A stretch of 64,000 nt of DNA from Raillietiella orientalis (Eukaryota): NCBI GenBank assembly GCA_036172245.1, contig JAYWIR010000001.1, positions 8,246,001-8,310,000 on the forward strand, in the 5' to 3' direction. Both the position numbers and the translations under genes were made by a program. Below, piece by piece: positions 60,338-64,000 of the stretch (position 1 is the stretch's first letter; each line of letters begins with the position of its first letter). The notes below the pieces were generated by a model, which saw only the letters and a list, made by a program, of their open reading frames with translations, ran no database searches and was not told the DNA's origin.

Positions 60338-61735
60338 TTACTCGCTGCTGTCCGCGCGGGGGACCGTCGTTCCACCTCCGGCCGCCCTATGTCGCTGCTG
60401 CTGCTCAACCGAGCCGGGAGGCGGCGGTGTGTTGACGGACGAGGAGGTGCTGACGCTGAGCGCCTCCGACTGGCTGTTCTCGGAGTCGCTGCCGCTGCTG
60501 GAGCTGCCGCCCCCCTTCTTCTGCCCGTTCGGACCGGCTCCGGGCCCGCCGCCCATGCTGTGCGTCTTCACGTGCTTGGACAGGTGGTCGGAGCGCATGA
60601 AGCGTTTGTTGCACACGGGGCATGCGAAGCGCTTCTCGCCCGTGTGCGTGCGCAGGTGGCGCTGCAGCTCGTCGGAGCGCGTGAAGCGCTTCCCGCAGAA
60701 GAGCCAGTTGCACACGAAGGGCCGCTCGCCGGTGTGCCAGCGCAGATGCGCCTTCAGATGGGACGTCTTCCCGTACACCTTCCCGCAACCGGGGATGTGG
60801 CACGAGTGGATGTTCTTTTTGCGGAGGTGCGCACCAGCGGGGCCGAGCCGCTCAGCCTCTTGGCAGTTGGGGCAGTCGCACGTGGCCCGGCCCGTGTACC
60901 TCCTCTGAGAGCGGGGGGAGGGCACTTGGGACAGGGAGCCTTGCGCTGCCCCCAAGCCGAAAGGGGACGCTCCTTGGGCCACTCCAGGGAGCATGGACTT
61001 GTAAGTGTCCTGCAGCAGGTGGACCGTGTTGTTGGCGGCCAGGGTGTGACTCAGGGAAGGGTACTCGGCCGTTGTGGCGCCGGGATACTGCGCCAGCTGG
61101 CTGGCGGCGGCATGCATCCCGGGAATAGAAGCCGCGGTGGCGCCGGATACGTCCAGCCAGCCGCCGGCGGCTCCGGCAGCCGCTGCGGCGTGCACCTCCC
61201 ACCAAGGGTTGGCGCTGGCACCGCTCAGTTCCGGCTTGATGGCTCCGTGTGTGGCATTGAAGGCCGCCCACGAGTCGTAGGGGTGCGCCGCGGCCGCCAT
61301 CCGAGAGTACACGGAGCTCAGGTGGGCCGCGCTCCCGTCCATCTTGCCCAGGAGGCCTCCGGCGCCCGCCGCTCCGGCGGCGCCGCCGGACGCCACCGAC
61401 ATTCCCTGCGGGGAGTCCATCTGGCCGCAGCTCATGGCCACCGATGTCACCGACCCAGGAAAGTACAGCTCTCCCCCGTAGGAGGAAGACGTGCATGGCG
61501 TAGCCGCGGCCATCACCGACGGGGAGCGCTGGTAGCCTGAGGGGCCCAGGCCCCTCTGGGACGGACTACCCAGGCACAGGGACACCGAGGACGGCATCGA
61601 CGGATGCTGGGACTTCTTCCAGGGATGGAACCCCTTCCCGACAGCTGCGTCGGCCAGGGGAGGGGGACTCTTGCTGGACAGCTTGTTGCACTGTGCCGCC
61701 AGCATGGCCAGGGGCGTGCTCCGGAAGGTGTGGTC
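60338..61735 (-). CDS. Sp8: Sp6-9 main coding exon ([15 protein letters not shown]...RADSSE*)
   Basis: Acceptor CTCTTGTGCTTGCAG|GAC at 61736/61735, just before the Sp box, the usual intron position in Sp8/9 genes. Confidence 0.96.
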   Translation of the reverse strand, partial: DHTFRSTPLAMLAAQCNKLSSKSPPPLADAAVGKGFHPWKKSQHPSMPSSVSLCLGSPSQRGLGPSGYQRSPSVMAAATPCTSSSYGGELYFPGSVTSVAMSCGQMDSPQGMSVASGGAAGAAGAGGLLGKMDGSAAHLSSVYSRMAAAAHPYDSWAAFNATHGAIKPELSGASANPWWEVHAAAAAGAAGGWLDVSGATAASIPGMHAAASQLAQYPGATTAEYPSLSHTLAANNTVHLLQDTYKSMLPGVAQGASPFGLGAAQGSLSQVPSPRSQRRYTGRATCDCPNCQEAERLGPAGAHLRKKNIHSCHIPGCGKVYGKTSHLKAHLRWHTGERPFVCNWLFCGKRFTRSDELQRHLRTHTGEKRFACPVCNKRFMRSDHLSKHVKTHSMGGGPGAGPNGQKKGGGSSSSGSDSENSQSEALSVSTSSSVNTPPPPGSVEQQQRHRAAGGGTTVPRADSSE

Positions 61736-62693
61736 CTGCAAGCACAAGAGGGGGCCGTCGAGTGGTCTGTCTGAGTCGCCGAAGGAGGGGATCTCCCGCT
61801 CGCCACTAACCCTTCTCTTCCGGGACGGCGGCAGAGGAGAAGCCGCAACGAACCTTCCCTGCACGTCCCCGACCCCGCACGCTCCCTCGGTCGGGTTCGC
61901 ACCCGCGCTGCTCCCCGGACGAACGCACCCTCGCCGACAGGCTGCCCCCTTCCCCCCGGGTGTAATTATGGAGCCCATCGTCGCCGCGGGGGCTCTCTCC
62001 GGGGGAGCCAGGGCGGACCCTAACGGGACTTGTCAGTGTCCTTCCCCCTCTATCGCGAAACGCGGGGAGCCCCGCCGGTGGCGACAGGGGAAGGGGAGGG
62101 GGAGAGCGCGCGCGGGGGTCCTCCACGTCTGGGAGAAGTCTGTCGCTTCGCGGGGGACTCGGAGAGTGCGGGCCGGAAGGAGCAGCGGGACGGACCCCCG
62201 CGGAGCAGGCGGGGGCGACTCTGACGCGCTCAACCCCCTTCCGGGAAGAAGGGGATCCGAGGCACTTGGTCTCAAGGGAAGGGGGAGAGGGTTACCGCCG
62301 GCATCCCGCCCCCGCGTGCGGGGATGGGTGATGGAGGAGGAGGGGGAGGGGTGCAGCCATCTCTTCCTCCTTTCCTCGAGAAGGAGGGGAGGGAAACGAG
62401 GAAAGGGCGAAGGGGTGCGCGGCCCCTGCCCCGTCCCGCGGCAGCCCCCCCTCCTCTTCGGGAGCGCTGGATGGAGGGCGCCTCTGACCGCCCCTTCTCC
62501 CCTCCGTAGAGGGAGGGGAGGGAGGGTGGCGTGGCTGGTGGCGCGTTGCGTCACACGGACGGCGGCACCCTGCTGACCGCCCCTCGGAGCAAAGGGTCTC
62601 GCGGGCGGCACTCACCGAGATGGACTTCTCCAGGAGTCCCGTGCCCGCGTTGTAGAGGTCGGGACGGTTGCCCAGCCCGAGGTCTGTCAGCAT
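60338..62693 (-). CDS. Sp8: Sp6-9 (Sp8/Sp9-type) zinc-finger transcription factor, join(62616-62693,60338-61735); 491 aa
   Basis: Sp box [30 protein letters not shown]; Btd box [19 protein letters not shown]; three C2H2 fingers ([73 protein letters not shown]); 880-nt GT-AG phase-0 intron. Confidence 0.95.
62616..62693 (-). CDS. Sp8: Sp6-9 first coding exon ([26 protein letters not shown])
   Basis: ATG at 62693; consensus donor TCG|GTGAGT in phase 0. MLTD...LY...KSI resembles the recalled N-terminus of insect Sp6-9 (Drosophila Sp1). Confidence 0.85.
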
Positions 62694-62839
62694 GGGGCAG
62701 GGGCTTCCGGGGCTGCTCTCTTGCGTGTTTCAGAGGGCGCACTGCTGCTGCTGCCGCCCGAGGCGGCGGCGTGCGTCGCCGAGCTGGTCGGGTCGCCCTG
62801 AGAGTCGGCCGGTGTCGCAGTTCTCCTGGAGCGAGCCGA

Positions 62840-62980
62840 GTAGGAGGAGGAGGAGGAGGAGGAGAAGGAGACGAGGGCGGTGGACCACAGGGAGCGCCGC
62901 TGCTGCTGCTGCTGCTGCTGCTGCCGCCGCCGCCGCCGCTTGTGGTGGTGGTGCTGCTGCTGCCGTCGTCGTCGTCGTCC
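62840..62980. repeat. Compound trinucleotide microsatellite (GGA)n-(GCT)n-(GCC)n-(GGT)n-(GCT)n-(GTC)n in the probable Sp6-9 5' UTR
   Basis: Consecutive triplet runs directly visible. Confidence 0.85.
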
Positions 62981-63129
62981 GCGGGCGGGTGAGCGCCGTT
63001 CGCACAGCTCGTCGTCGTCACGGTAACAGCAGCTCGCGTGCGGCGCTCCGCACTGGACTGCTCGCTCGACGGCACGCGGCGCCGTGTAGCCCTGCCGTCC
63101 GCGGGTGCTGCCTGAGCGCCGCGCGCCCG

Positions 63130-63495
63130 GCAGGGGAAAATCCCAAGGTCGCGGCGCGCGCGAGCCAATGACGTACGGGCACACCCTCTCCCGGCCGGCG
63201 GTCCCGGAGGGCGGAGCCGCGCCCGCACGCCCACCCTGCTTCCCGGAGGGCCAATCAGAGGAGGAGGCGGCTGCCGGCTGCTCTTCCCGGCGGCGCGCAG
63301 ACGCCGCCGCAGATTGAGGCAGCCCAGGCCGCTCAGCGCGCACGCGTCCCTCGAACGTGACGTCAGCGGCGGCGGCTGTTTTGCGGCACGCGCGCACCCC
63401 GAACGGACGGTAGGGAAGGAGAATGGAAGGAAGGGAAGGTGGAGGGGGGGAGCAGGAAGAGGGGAAGAAGGAAGGGGGTCGCTCTGACGTCATTT
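63130..63495 (-). promoter_or_regulatory. Probable Sp6-9 proximal promoter (CCAAT boxes, CRE sites, GC box, Rel-like site)
   Basis: GGGGAAAATCCC at 63133-63144; CCAATGACGT at 63165-63174; GGGCGGAG near 63209; CCAATCAG at 63251-63258; full TGACGTCA palindromes at 63358-63365 and 63485-63492; CpG-rich; 0.45-0.8 kb upstream of the ATG. Confidence 0.6.
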
Positions 63496-64000
63496 TCTCC
63501 ACACATCCCACCCTCTCCGGCCTCGCTTCCTCTTCCGCGGAATTCGAATCAAACCAAAAAGGGAGCAGAAGTAGGGGTGGGGAGGAGAAGCGCAGAGAAC
63601 ATCTTCACCCCCCTCGCCGATCCCTTGACTTGTCCGGTCGGCCACCTGCCGGCATCGTTATGCTCTCGGAAGGGTTTCTAGGTAACGGAAGCGGGGAAGG
63701 AAAAGCGCAGTTCAGGAGCGAGAAACAGTGGAGGGTGGGGGGAAGAAGGAAGAGAGAGGGAGAGAAGGGCTCTACGGGAGACCACGTGCCTCACCTGCAG
63801 TCCACCTCCATCCTCTCTTCGAGCGCCGCGCAACCAGGAAGCCCGATCCGCGCGGCCTCCATCTCCCGTTCCGCGTTTCCACGGAGACAGAAGGAGAGCG
63901 GACGGAGGAGGGGCGCCTGACCGATGGCTTTCCCCTCCCCCGCCGTCCTCCTCTCCTCCTCCTCTCCTCCTCCCTCCCTCCCTTTCTTTCCTCCCGCGCG

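Noticed and set aside
59294-61540. 748-aa plus-strand ORF antisense to Sp6-9
   Set aside because: Shadow frame caused by GC-rich codon use of the real gene; non-ATG start, Arg/Gly/Ala-rich, no recognisable domain.
60338-61978. Taking the 546-aa ORF as the single-exon Sp6-9 CDS
   Set aside because: A good acceptor before the Sp box and an in-phase MLTD exon with a GTGAGT donor fit better; the intronic ATG is kept only as a possible isoform.
63790-63865. Minus-strand ATG exon ending CAG|GTGAGG as an alternative Sp6-9 first coding exon
   Set aside because: Both ATGs end in phase 2 while the exon 2 acceptor is phase 0; it could only be a non-coding exon.

Overview
Eukaryotic genomic DNA, probably from an arthropod (inferred from the Sp protein N-terminus and the OLA1 C-terminus). 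Two spliced minus-strand genes can be reconstructed by hand. OLA1 (Obg-like ATPase 1/YchF) has 10 coding exons across 5728-24258, totalling 1200 nt (399 aa). An Sp6-9 (Sp8/Sp9-type) C2H2 zinc-finger gene has 2 coding exons across 60338-62693 (491 aa). Between them lies about 35 kb with no recognisable protein gene. It holds decayed transposon fragments, then a GC/CpG- and GA-rich domain with short AT-richer islands full of homeodomain/Sox-type motifs (candidate enhancers). Main observations: (1) OLA1 intron 1 has two overlapping 171-nt splice registers 4 nt apart; only the non-canonical AT...AA register gives the conserved E-S-R-V, and its reads would mimic two A-to-I edits. (2) The OLA1-Sp6-9 adjacency mirrors human OLA1-SP9, suggesting an ancient regulatory block. 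(3) There is a sharp CpG-poor versus CpG-rich split between the two genes. (4) There is a fold-back MITE-like element and two smaller hairpins. Most long ORFs in the GC-rich half look like compositional artefacts. No CRISPR array, rRNA or convincing tRNA was seen. All comparisons to other species are from memory, not from searches.
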